Assembly (NCBI GenBank): GCA_046542505.1
Contig: JBKHBH010000015.1
Span: 1-32,001, forward strand
DNA from: Thermovirgaceae bacterium
Lineage (GTDB): Bacteria > Synergistota > Synergistia > Synergistales > Thermovirgaceae
Direction: 5' to 3'
DNA: 32,001 nt
Position numbers and translations under genes: made by a program. Shown piece by piece: positions 8,044-18,660 of the stretch. The notes beneath the pieces are model-generated. The model worked only from the letters and a program-made list of their open reading frames with translations. It made no database searches and had not been told where the DNA came from. Position 1 is the first letter of the stretch, and every line of letters starts with the position of its first letter.

Positions 8044-8758
8044 TCCGCTCCAGTTTCATTGACAGAAAACCAAGCCCGACGGCTACCGCCGTCGGACTCG
8101 TCATGATTCTCCTGCCAAGACTTACCGGGACAAAATCATGGCCCAACAACGCCTCGCGCTCGGCCCCCGTCCAATCTCCCTCGGGTCCTACGGCAAACAC
8201 GGTTTCGCCTGAAGGTTCGCAGTCGGCAAGAGGTTTTGCTCCGTCATCCAGCATCGCCGCGTAACGCTCTTCAGGCAACTGAAGCGACAGCGCCGAACCG
8301 AGGACCATGGGTTCGTACAACCCGGGTTTTCGGGGAACACAGGCCTGCCTCGTCGATTCCTCGATAATTTTCATCCATCGTTTCCTTTTGACCGGCCATC
8401 TTTCTTTGTCTATGCGCATTACGCTCCGCTCGCAGATAATCGGAACGATAGCCCCGGCTCCGCTTTCCGTTGCCATCCGTAAACTTCGCTCAAAGGCATC
8501 GGTCTTGAGCAACGCCAGAAGAAGCCAGAGGGTTTTCCCTGTTTCCGCAAGCAGTTCTTTTTCCACGATACCGCACAGAACACCTTCCTGGACGATAAGC
8601 CTCAGCAGAAACAGCCTGTCATCCAGGAGGCCTTCTACCCGGTCTCCTTCGGCGCACCTTCTGACATGAACCAGATGGTGGGCCTGATCTTCGTCCAGAA
8701 TCCAAAGGTCAGGGGCTTTCCTTTCAGCTCTTTCCAGCCGCACGCGTGGCTGTGACAC
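8024..8758 (-). CDS. rsmE: 16S rRNA m3U1498 methyltransferase
   Basis: AHHLVHVRR, ATESG, ERSV, RW..IIEESTRQA, VGPEGDW, SLGRRI; position between prmA and mtaB; GTG start at 8758 inferred. Confidence 0.85.
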   Translation of the reverse strand: MSQPRVRLERAERKAPDLWILDEDQAHHLVHVRRCAEGDRVEGLLDDRLFLLRLIVQEGVLCGIVEKELLAETGKTLWLLLALLKTDAFERSLRMATESGAGAIVPIICERSVMRIDKERWPVKRKRWMKIIEESTRQACVPRKPGLYEPMVLGSALSLQLPEERYAAMLDDGAKPLADCEPSGETVFAVGPEGDWTGAEREALLGHDFVPVSLGRRIMTSPTAVAVGLGFLSMKLERSGDNEE

Positions 8759-9602
8759 CCCACCAGTCCCCCTTTTTGATTTCATCGGACGGGAACAGGC
8801 CGTTTTCTTCAAGCGCCTTTAGAAAGTCGCCTCTTTCTTTCAGGCTGAGTCCCGAAAAAAGGGCGACACCGTCTGGCGAAAGAACCCTGCCGATTTCCGG
8901 GAGCAATTTGAGGAGCGGGTCAAAAACGATATTGGCCGTCAAAAAGTCAACGGAGCCCGTGAATCCCTTCAGCAAATCGCCTTCCTCAAGGATTACGATG
9001 TTCTCTTCTATACCGTTGAGTCTGAGATTTTCCCTCGCTTCCGCCAGAACGGCGGGATCAAAATCCCTTGCGTACACTTTACCGGCTCCTGCCTTCACCA
9101 ATGCCACAGCGAGAATGCCCGATCCGGTACCAATATCAACAGCCGTCCCGCCTTTGGTAACGTGTCTTTCAATAAGCTCAAGAGCAATCTGGGTGCTTTC
9201 ATGGTATCCCGTCCCGAAAGCCGAGCCCGGGTAAATCAAAAGGCATGTCCGATTTCCCTTGTAGCTTTTTTCATGCCACGGAGCCATGACTACCAGGCTT
9301 TCTCCCACTTCAAGAGGCGGAAAGGCGTCCTTCCAGGTTTTATGCCACGACCGGTTCTCGATCTTTCCCATATCGACGATATTCACCGTGCCCCATGGGC
9401 CGATGGCCTCTTGAACCCGTCCCAGCCAGTATTCCAGATCCCTTGTCGAGCGGTAATAGGACTTCAGGACAGATTTCCCCGACGTCTCTATAAATTCCGA
9501 CCCGATGCTCCCTGACAGTTCCGCGAGCGAAAGCAAGGTCTCCTCATTTCCGTCTTCCATTTCAACGGTGATGTACCACCAGTAGCCGGTTACCCGTCCC
9601 AC
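8724..9602 (-). CDS. prmA: Ribosomal protein L11 methyltransferase
   Basis: W..TWK..F.P, PGSAFGTGYHEST, DIGTGSGIL, ANI, SG motifs; downstream of dnaJ. Confidence 0.92.
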   Translation of the reverse strand: MGRVTGYWWYITVEMEDGNEETLLSLAELSGSIGSEFIETSGKSVLKSYYRSTRDLEYWLGRVQEAIGPWGTVNIVDMGKIENRSWHKTWKDAFPPLEVGESLVVMAPWHEKSYKGNRTCLLIYPGSAFGTGYHESTQIALELIERHVTKGGTAVDIGTGSGILAVALVKAGAGKVYARDFDPAVLAEARENLRLNGIEENIVILEEGDLLKGFTGSVDFLTANIVFDPLLKLLPEIGRVLSPDGVALFSGLSLKERGDFLKALEENGLFPSDEIKKGDWWGVTATRAAGKS

Positions 9603-9629
9603 GGCCAGCCCCCCGATCAGTCCATAGAA

Positions 9630-9659
9630 CGAAACAGGGAGGCACGCCTCCCTGTTTCG
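9630..9659 (-). terminator. Strong stem-loop between dnaJ and prmA (weak terminator or mRNA processing/stabiliser)
   Basis: Perfect inverted repeat CGAAACAGGGAGGC-ac-GCCTCCCTGTTTCG; only a short, interrupted U-tract on the minus strand. Confidence 0.6.
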
Positions 9660-9701
9660 ACCTTCCTTACATGTTATAGTATCAGATCCCTATAAGTTGC
9701 C

Positions 9702-10826
9702 CTAATCCAGCCACTGGCGGAGTTTTTCCATAAAGCCCCCGGATTTGACGGATACATCCATCTCCCTAGCAAGGGCCTCTATCAGGCCTCGTTCCTTGTC
9801 GGAAAGTTTTTTGGGTACATCCACGACAATATGGACATAGGCGTTTCCGTTCCCGCCACGTCCAAGACGGGGCATTCCTTTCGCCTTGATCTTTATCACA
9901 TGCCCGCTTTGAGTCCCTTGCGGGATCTCGATTTTTTCTGTCCCCTCGATCAGTTCGACCTCGATTTCACTTCCAAGGGCCGCCTCAGGGAAGGAAATGT
10001 GCTTTCTCACGTGGAGATCATCGCCCTCCCGCTGGAATCTCGGGTCATCCTCAACCTTTATCAGAAGATAGAGATCACCCGGCGGGCCACCCAAGGATCC
10101 GGCACCACCTTCTCCTGAAACACGCAATCTGACTCCTGTATCGACTCCCTCCGGAATCTTGACCTCGACTTCTCGGCGTTTGCGAACCTTTCCTGCCCCT
10201 CCACAATCCCTGCAGGGTGAGTCAATTTTTTTGCCCGTACCCTTGCAGTCAGGGCAGGTCGTAACGTTCACAAAGGTTCCGAAGGGCGTCCGTTGCTGCT
10301 GTTTCCGTTGACCGGTACCGCCGCAGGCAGAGCATGTTTTCGCTTCCGTTCCCGGTTCCGCGCCTGTGCCGTGACATGTTTCGCAGGTTTCCCAACGTGG
10401 TATCGTCACTTTTCTGGTCGACCCGAAGTAAGCTTCCTCAAGGGACACTGAAAGAGTCATTTCCAGGTCGTCTCCCTTGGTAGGTCCACGCTGGCGGGTC
10501 CCGCCGAACCCGCCGAACATGGAGTCGAAAATATCCCCGAAGATGTCCCCAAAGGGGTCGAATCCTCCGCTAAAAGGTCCCTCGCCTCCGGTATCGCCTA
10601 TAGTGCCGAACTGGTCGTACTGCTGGCGCTTCTGCGGGTCACCCAGGACCTCATAGGCCTCGTTTATGGACTTGAAGCGTTGTTCCGCCTCCTTATCGCC
10701 GGGGTTCGCGTCAGGATGATACTTCCGGACTAGTTTTCTGTAGGCTCGCTTGATGTCTTCCTGGCTTGCGTCCCGTGGTACCCCAAGAACCTTGTACAGG
10801 TCCTTCTTGTTGTCGGGCCCGTTCAC
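9702..10826 (-). CDS. dnaJ: Chaperone DnaJ
   Basis: J domain with HPD, G/F-rich region, four CxxCxGxG repeats. Confidence 0.97.
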   Translation of the reverse strand: MNGPDNKKDLYKVLGVPRDASQEDIKRAYRKLVRKYHPDANPGDKEAEQRFKSINEAYEVLGDPQKRQQYDQFGTIGDTGGEGPFSGGFDPFGDIFGDIFDSMFGGFGGTRQRGPTKGDDLEMTLSVSLEEAYFGSTRKVTIPRWETCETCHGTGAEPGTEAKTCSACGGTGQRKQQQRTPFGTFVNVTTCPDCKGTGKKIDSPCRDCGGAGKVRKRREVEVKIPEGVDTGVRLRVSGEGGAGSLGGPPGDLYLLIKVEDDPRFQREGDDLHVRKHISFPEAALGSEIEVELIEGTEKIEIPQGTQSGHVIKIKAKGMPRLGRGGNGNAYVHIVVDVPKKLSDKERGLIEALAREMDVSVKSGGFMEKLRQWLD

Positions 10827-10842
10827 CGCGCATCACTCCTGG

Positions 10843-12675
<1,833 letters not shown>

Positions 12676-12714
12676 TCAATCACCTCTTAATGTATTCTGG
12701 ACGACGCTGTGCCG

Positions 12715-13422
12715 TCACTGGTCCTGATTTCCAGTTTCTTCCGACTTTTCCGTCTGTCGCGCGACCTTGACTTTCGACGCCCGCAGGACTTTCCCCCCGA
12801 AAAGAAAGCCTCGCTGGAACTCCTCAATTACAGTTCCGTCGGGCGCTTCAGTGGTTTCTTCCACGGCGACCGCTTCATGCAGGGCCGGGTCAAAAAGTTT
12901 CCCCTCAGCCTCTATGGTCTCTACTCCGAGATCTTTCAAAACGCCGAAAAACTGTTCCCTGACCATTTCGACGCCCTTTCTCAGGCCCAAGGTTTCCCCG
13001 CCGTCCCGAGAATCGAGAGCTCTGTCAAAATTGTCCAGAACCGGCAAAAGCATTTCAGCCGTTTGCGCCGCGACACGCACCCGCGTCTGCTGGGCTTCCC
13101 GCTCCACGCGTTTCCGGAAATTATAAAAATCAGCGGCGGCACGGGCCGCGGTATCGCGTAGCGTCTCATTTTCCACCCTGAGTTTCTCCAGGAGATCGCG
13201 GGCTTCATCAAGTTCCCTTTTCAGTGCCTCCGCCTCAGTGGTTTCCTCAACAGGCACCTCTTCAACCACTTCGACCTCCGCAGTCTTTTCGACGCTTTCC
13301 TCTCTTTCTTCGTCGCCCTTCACTTCCCGGTTGCTCACATCTTTTCCCTCTTTAAAAACCGGGTGTTCCCCTTTTCCTTTTTTCGAATGTTTTTCTTCAT
13401 CATGTTTTTTCTCCGAAGCCAT
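12715..13422 (-). CDS. grpE: Nucleotide exchange factor GrpE
   Basis: ADFYNFRKR, LLPVLDNFDRAL, FDPALHEAV, FQRGF...VLRASKVKV; ATG at 13422 after GGGAGG. Confidence 0.95.
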   Translation of the reverse strand: MASEKKHDEEKHSKKGKGEHPVFKEGKDVSNREVKGDEEREESVEKTAEVEVVEEVPVEETTEAEALKRELDEARDLLEKLRVENETLRDTAARAAADFYNFRKRVEREAQQTRVRVAAQTAEMLLPVLDNFDRALDSRDGGETLGLRKGVEMVREQFFGVLKDLGVETIEAEGKLFDPALHEAVAVEETTEAPDGTVIEEFQRGFLFGGKVLRASKVKVARQTEKSEETGNQDQ

Positions 13423-14461
13423 TCGGTGAACCTCCCTCGTTTCCTCCCTGATCTCCATTCATCGAAAGACCCCCTAGAAGACTCTCTAGAACGGAGATGG
13501 CATATTCGTAATCCATACGTACCGGGCCGATCAGCCCAAGAACCGTTTTTCTTCCCTTGTCCACGGAAGACGCCATGAGCACGGAACAGTCACTCATCTG
13601 TATCACCGGGTTCTCGTCGCCTATAATCACTGAAAGCCCTCTGTCAGGAGAACAGCGTTTGACAAGCTGGGCGATGGACGCATCCTCCTCCAGCAAGGCC
13701 ATCATTGTCTGAAGGCGGCTCAGATCACTGAATTCCGGGAGCCCCAGCACGTTGTACCGGCCACCGGTGAAATACTGGTAGGAGTTCTCTCCAAGCATGC
13801 CGTTCATTTCTTCCAGCGCTTTCCGGCAACTGTCGGCATAGGCTTCGAGCTCCTCGAGAACATACATCTGCAAAGCGTGCCGGACTTCCTGCCAGGATTT
13901 CTCTTCGGCGACGAGGTTGACCCGCCTCGACAATTCGTCGAGCGCCTCCTGGGTCATATCGTAGGGGAGGGTTGCCATCTTGTGATGGATCAAGCCTCCC
14001 TGGAGAACCACGATGATCAGTACCATCCGCTCACCGACCCTGATAAACTCGACTTTTTGCAAGACCGCCTCTTGCGAAGGTCCAAGGGCCGCTACGGAAA
14101 CACAGTGCGTCAGGTTCCCCAGAAGTTTCGTTGAATAACGCAACGCCGACTGGACATCATCCCGCCGCTTCCTGAGCTCCTGGAGCCATTCAGGCCGTGT
14201 CCTTGGTTGTGTCCTCTGTCGTTGGAGGATGGCGTCCACATAAATCCTGAACGCCCTTGGGGTGGGAATACGGCCTGCCGACGTATGCGGCTGGTAAAGG
14301 TATTCCATTTCCTCAAGGTCGGCCATTTCATTCCTGATCGTTGCCGCACTGCATCCCCTGAGGTAGCGTTTCGCAATCGTCCGCGAGCCTATGGGGACAC
14401 CGGAACGGATGTATTCATAAACAACAGCCAACACGATTTCGAGTTGTCGTTCCGTAAGCAC
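13400..14461 (-). CDS. hrcA: Heat-inducible transcription repressor HrcA
   Basis: MLTERQ..L.AVV.EYI.SG.PIGSRT, SAATIRNEMADLE, QPHTSAGRIPT, GLIGPVRMDY. GTG at 14461 after AGGAG (ATG at 14482 is an alternative). Confidence 0.96.
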   Translation of the reverse strand: MLTERQLEIVLAVVYEYIRSGVPIGSRTIAKRYLRGCSAATIRNEMADLEEMEYLYQPHTSAGRIPTPRAFRIYVDAILQRQRTQPRTRPEWLQELRKRRDDVQSALRYSTKLLGNLTHCVSVAALGPSQEAVLQKVEFIRVGERMVLIIVVLQGGLIHHKMATLPYDMTQEALDELSRRVNLVAEEKSWQEVRHALQMYVLEELEAYADSCRKALEEMNGMLGENSYQYFTGGRYNVLGLPEFSDLSRLQTMMALLEEDASIAQLVKRCSPDRGLSVIIGDENPVIQMSDCSVLMASSVDKGRKTVLGLIGPVRMDYEYAISVLESLLGGLSMNGDQGGNEGGSPNGFGEKT

Positions 14462-14486
14462 TGTCGCTACAACTCCTCGCATATTG

Positions 14487-14513
14487 TTAGCACTCTCTTC
14501 AAAAGAGTGCTAA
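14487..14513. promoter_or_regulatory. CIRCE element (HrcA operator)
   Basis: Exact TTAGCACTC-N9(TCTTCAAAA)-GAGTGCTAA directly upstream of hrcA. Confidence 0.98.
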
Positions 14514-14534
14514 TGACGGAATATACCGAAAGGT

Positions 14535-14563
14535 AGGGTATCAATGGAGGCTTTTATTGTCAA
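14535..14563 (-). promoter_or_regulatory. Sigma70 promoter of hrcA operon (TTGACA-17-TACCCT, TG extension)
   Basis: Perfect -35 at 14563-14558, 17-nt spacer, TGa-TACCCT -10; CIRCE lies just downstream. Confidence 0.7.
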
Positions 14564-14662
14564 CACTGGTCAGGGGATTGGCCTCACCTTTACATGCTGC
14601 GCCGGTTTCCACCATTCAGGTATCATGGTCCTGACATCTTCGAAAAAACAAAGGTGGTGCCC

Positions 14663-15313
14663 ATGAAAACACAAAAAACGCGGACAACGGTGATTCTTGT
14701 CAGACATGGGGAATGTAAGGGAAACCGCGAGGGACTTTTCCGCGGGCGTACTGATTTTCCGCTCAACGAAACGGGGCTCGCCCAGGCGAAAGCACTTTCT
14801 GCGGAGCTGGCTCGGTTTTTCCCGGCCTTATCAGTGTATTCAGGACCATTATCGAGAGCGCGCTCCACTGGCGCTGAAATTGCCCGTACCATGGAAGTTT
14901 CTCTAAAAACCCGGGAAAATTTGAACAACATGTCTCTCGGGCCCTGGGAAGGACGCCCCAAGCACGAAATCCAGGAAGAGCACCCCGAGGAATGGAACCT
15001 CTGGCTTTCAAATCCTGAAAGACTCCGTCTTGAAGGGGCCGAGACTCTGGAAGATGTTCGCCGAAGGGCTTTTGCGGAAGTGAACCAGCTTGTGAAATCC
15101 CATACAGGCAAGACTTTTGTCGTCGTGACCCACAGGGCTGTTCTCAAACCCGTCATCGCCGCCGCTCTCGAGATGGCCCCTCCGTATTTCTGGAGAATCC
15201 ATGTCGATACGGCATCCTATTCGATTCTCACATACGAAGAAAACCGGGGGTATTGTCTGGTCTCCCTCAACCAGACGCATCATTTACCTGATCTTGTCAG
15301 TGAATGGGTTTGA
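14663..15313 (+). CDS. Histidine phosphatase family protein (phosphoglycerate mutase / CobC-like)
   Basis: LVRHGE, G.TD.PLN..G..QA, PLSRA..T, G.WEG, VVTH; ATG at 14663 after AAGGTGG. Confidence 0.88.
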   Translation: MKTQKTRTTVILVRHGECKGNREGLFRGRTDFPLNETGLAQAKALSAELARFFPALSVYSGPLSRARSTGAEIARTMEVSLKTRENLNNMSLGPWEGRPKHEIQEEHPEEWNLWLSNPERLRLEGAETLEDVRRRAFAEVNQLVKSHTGKTFVVVTHRAVLKPVIAAALEMAPPYFWRIHVDTASYSILTYEENRGYCLVSLNQTHHLPDLVSEWV

Positions 15314-15338
15314 CGTGAATACCCTGGCATGGTATATA
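15310..15338 (+). promoter_or_regulatory. Putative promoter of the flavoprotein gene (TTGACG-17-TATATA, TG extension)
   Basis: -35 overlaps the phosphatase stop codon; 17-nt spacer; TGg before the -10. Confidence 0.45.
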
Positions 15339-15376
15339 TAGCGCGGAGCAAGTATATACTCCTGGAGGGATATTAC

Positions 15377-16807
15377 GTGTTTGAAACAAAAAAAGTAGAG
15401 ACATTGATCGTCGGGGGGGGACCCGGCGGCAGGGTGGCCTATATGGCGCTCTCGAAAATGAGAAAAAAGAACAGCCTTATGGTAATCAACGAGGAGCCCA
15501 CAGTTGTGTGCAGCCTTCCCTATGGAATCGGACGCCGTCTCATTCCCGGCGGACCGGAAGACGTTGTCGTCAATCTGTCACAATCATCCCGATTGCCAAA
15601 GGATATCGCGGAAAACACGATCAAGGGCGAGGTAATCTTGCTCGACACAGGCAAAAAAGAAGCCCTCGTCCGAACCGGCAACGACGAAATGCCTGTTGCC
15701 TACGACAAGGTAGTGCTCGCCCCGGGTGCAATTCCGTGGATTCCGCCCGTGAGCGGCATTTTGAGCAGGACCTCTCCCGAGGCTGTCACCGGAGAATTCG
15801 TACAGGTCGGAAAGGACCTCATCGACAAGGGGCATCTCGCCGAAAATGTCTATGTCCTCAGAAGCGCCAATGACGCGAGACGCCTGGACAATCTCGCCCA
15901 GAAGGCAAAAAATGCCGTTGTCGTGGGAAGCGGAGCCATCGGACTGGAAACGGTCGAGGCGCTTCACGACAGGGGAATGAAAATCACGATCATCGAAACT
16001 CTTCCCCACGTGACGGCACCACTCGATGCAGACATGGCCGAACTGGTTGAAAAACGTCTTCAAGAAAAAGGCGTTCGGGTTCTGACCTCGCAAAAAGTCG
16101 TGGAGCTTACAGAAAATGGTGTAACCCTGGAATCGGGAGAAAAGGTGCAGGGCGACGGGGTGGTCTTTGCCACCGGCGTTCGCCCGAAGGTAACCCTGGC
16201 CCGCGAAGCGGGCCTTGAAATCGAAAAGGGCATCGTTACCAACACCCGCATGCAGACAAGCAATGAACACGTATACGCCGTCGGAGACGCCGTTCAGGTT
16301 TCGGACGCTGCAACGGGCAAGCCTGTGCTTCCCCTTGTAGGAACCCTTGCCATGCGTCAAGGTGTGGCGGCCGCCGCCAATATTGCCGGCAAGCCCATGG
16401 AGGTGTCTCCAGCCACTGTGTGGGGTGTCTCGGTTATATTCGATCTTCACTGGGGAAGCATCGGATGGACCGAGGAACTCGCGAAGCGGGAAAACCTCTC
16501 GGTCCGAACCGTCTCGATACCTGTGCGGACCAAAGAAGAAGCCATGCCTTCCGGCAAAGAGGGTCGATGGAAAATCGTTGTCGCCGAAGATGGAAACGCG
16601 GCCGAAATCAAGGCCGGCCAGATTCTCGGTTTCCAGATCGTACTGGACGGCGAATCACCGCTCGGAACTGCAGAACGCTTCCTTGATATCGTGACATCAA
16701 AGGAAACGGTGCCGGAACTTTTCAGACATTTTGCCATACATTCCCCTTCCCACAACCCGCCGGACGATCCGTATCTGAATCTTTTCATGCAATACGGTCT
16801 CGCCTGA
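15377..16807 (+). CDS. FAD-dependent pyridine nucleotide-disulfide oxidoreductase (CoA-disulfide reductase / NADH oxidase-like)
   Basis: IVGGGPGG FAD site, single-Cys CSLPY motif, YDKVVLAPGA, VVVGSGAIGLE NAD site, ATGVRP, VYAVGDA; GTG at 15377 after GGAGGG. Confidence 0.85.
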   Translation: MFETKKVETLIVGGGPGGRVAYMALSKMRKKNSLMVINEEPTVVCSLPYGIGRRLIPGGPEDVVVNLSQSSRLPKDIAENTIKGEVILLDTGKKEALVRTGNDEMPVAYDKVVLAPGAIPWIPPVSGILSRTSPEAVTGEFVQVGKDLIDKGHLAENVYVLRSANDARRLDNLAQKAKNAVVVGSGAIGLETVEALHDRGMKITIIETLPHVTAPLDADMAELVEKRLQEKGVRVLTSQKVVELTENGVTLESGEKVQGDGVVFATGVRPKVTLAREAGLEIEKGIVTNTRMQTSNEHVYAVGDAVQVSDAATGKPVLPLVGTLAMRQGVAAAANIAGKPMEVSPATVWGVSVIFDLHWGSIGWTEELAKRENLSVRTVSIPVRTKEEAMPSGKEGRWKIVVAEDGNAAEIKAGQILGFQIVLDGESPLGTAERFLDIVTSKETVPELFRHFAIHSPSHNPPDDPYLNLFMQYGLA

Positions 16808-16828
16808 TTTTCCGGTGAAATGTCTTCG

Positions 16829-16859
16829 AGGGGCGCTCCGCAAGGGGCGCCCTTTTCTT
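16829..16859 (+). terminator. Rho-independent terminator
   Basis: GGGCGCTCC-GCAA-GGGGCGCCC stem with GNRA loop followed by TTTTCTT. Confidence 0.85.
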
Positions 16860-16886
16860 GACCGTACACTCCCTGTGGCATATTAT
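16858..16886 (+). promoter_or_regulatory. Sigma70 promoter of folP-folK (TTGACC-17-TATTAT)
   Basis: Near-consensus hexamers with 17-nt spacer immediately after the terminator. Confidence 0.7.
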
Positions 16887-16931
16887 GGCTTTCGCTGATG
16901 TCCACATTCGCCCAAGGAGATATGTGTCCAG

Positions 16932-18146
16932 ATGACTCCCTACGTTTGCCCGATACGGTCGGCTTCAGAACTCAAATCCATACTTGTCCGCCTCGAGGCG
17001 GATATGCGGAGTCTGCCCTATTTTGAAGCCAAGCGGAAGATCATCCCCCTTTATATCAGGCAAGCGGACTTCCGGGCGGCCAACGCCCTGAAGCAGGAGA
17101 TGCTTTCCAGAGGAGGAGACGCTGCCGTACACCGTAATGCCATCCAGGGCACCGTCTCCTTCTGCGATGTTCTTCTTCTCGGGACCCTTGGACAATACAG
17201 GAGCCTGATACAAAAACTGGAGGCAATGCCCTACTGGGGCCTTGAAACCGTCCGAGAAGGCCTCGCCCGGACCTTGTCAAACCTTTCTCTTTCGGCCTGG
17301 ACGATACCGATGCCTCATGGAGGCTCTCTCAACCTCAGTGACAACCCCCTTGTTATGGGCATAATCAACGTCACACCCGATTCGTTTTTTGCCGCCAGCA
17401 GGGTCCGTGACATCGGTGATTGCGTCAGGCGGGCGTCGCAAATGCAGGAAGAGGGGATGCATATCCTGGATCTGGGTGCTGAATCAACGCGCCCGGGTTC
17501 CGATCCCGTATCGGAAGATATCGAAAAGCAACGCATCATTCCGGTCATCAAGGCACTGCGGGAAAGCGGATTTACTCTTCCCATATCAGTGGATACCGTC
17601 AAGGCATCCGTGGCAGAGGCTGCAACACGAGCCGGGGCGGACATCATCAACGACGTCTCCGCAGGCCGCATGGACCCCTCCATCCTTGATGTCGTCGCAT
17701 CTGGTAATATCCCTTACGTTTGCATGCACATGAAAGGCATCCCGAAGACAATGCAGAAAAACCCTACCTACGAAAATCTCATCGGTGAAATCATATCCTT
17801 CTTCGAGGAAAGAATAGACTTCGCTCTCTCCCGCGGTATGGATCTTTCACGCATCATGCTCGACCCCGGGCTCGGTTTTGGGAAAACCCGGGAACACAAT
17901 CTTGCTGTTCTGAAGAACCTCGAGTCCTTCAGGGTACTCGGTCGACCGCTTCTGATTGGTCATTCCAATAAAAGCACTATCGGCAAGGTCCTCGATGGGG
18001 CGCCGGAAAAAGACAGGCTCGAAGGAACCCTGGCCGTAACGGCGCTGTGCGCCTGGGAGGGCGTATCAATGGTGCGAGTCCATGATGTCCGGGAAAACTT
18101 GCGGGTCATCAGGATGATCCGTGCCGTAAAGGAGGCTTCACTGTGA
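16932..18146 (+). CDS. folP: Dihydropteroate synthase with N-terminal extension
   Basis: VMGIINVTPDSF, DLGAESTRPG, ISVDT, INDVS, DPGLGFGK, SNKS, VRVHDV; about 135 extra N-terminal residues (ANALKQEMLSRGGDAAV). Confidence 0.94.
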   Translation: MTPYVCPIRSASELKSILVRLEADMRSLPYFEAKRKIIPLYIRQADFRAANALKQEMLSRGGDAAVHRNAIQGTVSFCDVLLLGTLGQYRSLIQKLEAMPYWGLETVREGLARTLSNLSLSAWTIPMPHGGSLNLSDNPLVMGIINVTPDSFFAASRVRDIGDCVRRASQMQEEGMHILDLGAESTRPGSDPVSEDIEKQRIIPVIKALRESGFTLPISVDTVKASVAEAATRAGADIINDVSAGRMDPSILDVVASGNIPYVCMHMKGIPKTMQKNPTYENLIGEIISFFEERIDFALSRGMDLSRIMLDPGLGFGKTREHNLAVLKNLESFRVLGRPLLIGHSNKSTIGKVLDGAPEKDRLEGTLAVTALCAWEGVSMVRVHDVRENLRVIRMIRAVKEASL

Positions 18147-18628
18147 CCCAGGCAGCAATCTCCCTAGGAAGCAATCTCGGAGACCGCCTCGGCATAATGC
18201 GCCAGGCCGTGATACTCCTTAAAGAACACTGTCTGTACCTGAAGGCTTCAAGTGATGTTTTCGAAACACCTCCATGGGGGGAGAAAAACCAGCCAAGATT
18301 TCTCAATGCCTGTATTCTTGTCGAAACGGACAAGACACCCCAAAAACTGCTCGAACTCCTCCTGAACACGGAAAAAGACCTGGGGCGCACCCGTCGGTAC
18401 ACATGGGGACCGAGGGAAATAGATCTGGACCTCATTTTTTTCGACGACCTGGTCATGGAAGAAAAGGACCTCACCATCCCTCATCCACATATGCACCGGC
18501 GAGCATTTGTGCTCCTTCCGCTGGAGCAGGTCGCTCCGGACTGGCGTCACCCTGTTCTGGGCAAGTCAGTGCGGAAACTTGCCGGATCCGTCGATGGTGA
18601 TTCGGTCATTCGCATAACTCGACTTTAA
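18143..18628 (+). CDS. folK: 2-amino-4-hydroxy-6-hydroxymethyldihydropteridine diphosphokinase
   Basis: ISLGSNLGDR, QPRFLNA, GR.R...WGPREIDLDL, LTIPHP.M..RAFVL.PL; GTGA overlap with folP. Confidence 0.95.
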   Translation: MTQAAISLGSNLGDRLGIMRQAVILLKEHCLYLKASSDVFETPPWGEKNQPRFLNACILVETDKTPQKLLELLLNTEKDLGRTRRYTWGPREIDLDLIFFDDLVMEEKDLTIPHPHMHRRAFVLLPLEQVAPDWRHPVLGKSVRKLAGSVDGDSVIRITRL

Positions 18629-18660
18629 GAAGATACCGTGGCTCGACAGGAGGGACACCG

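Noticed and set aside
15584..16450. 288-aa minus-strand ORF
   Set aside because: Antisense shadow of the flavoprotein gene.
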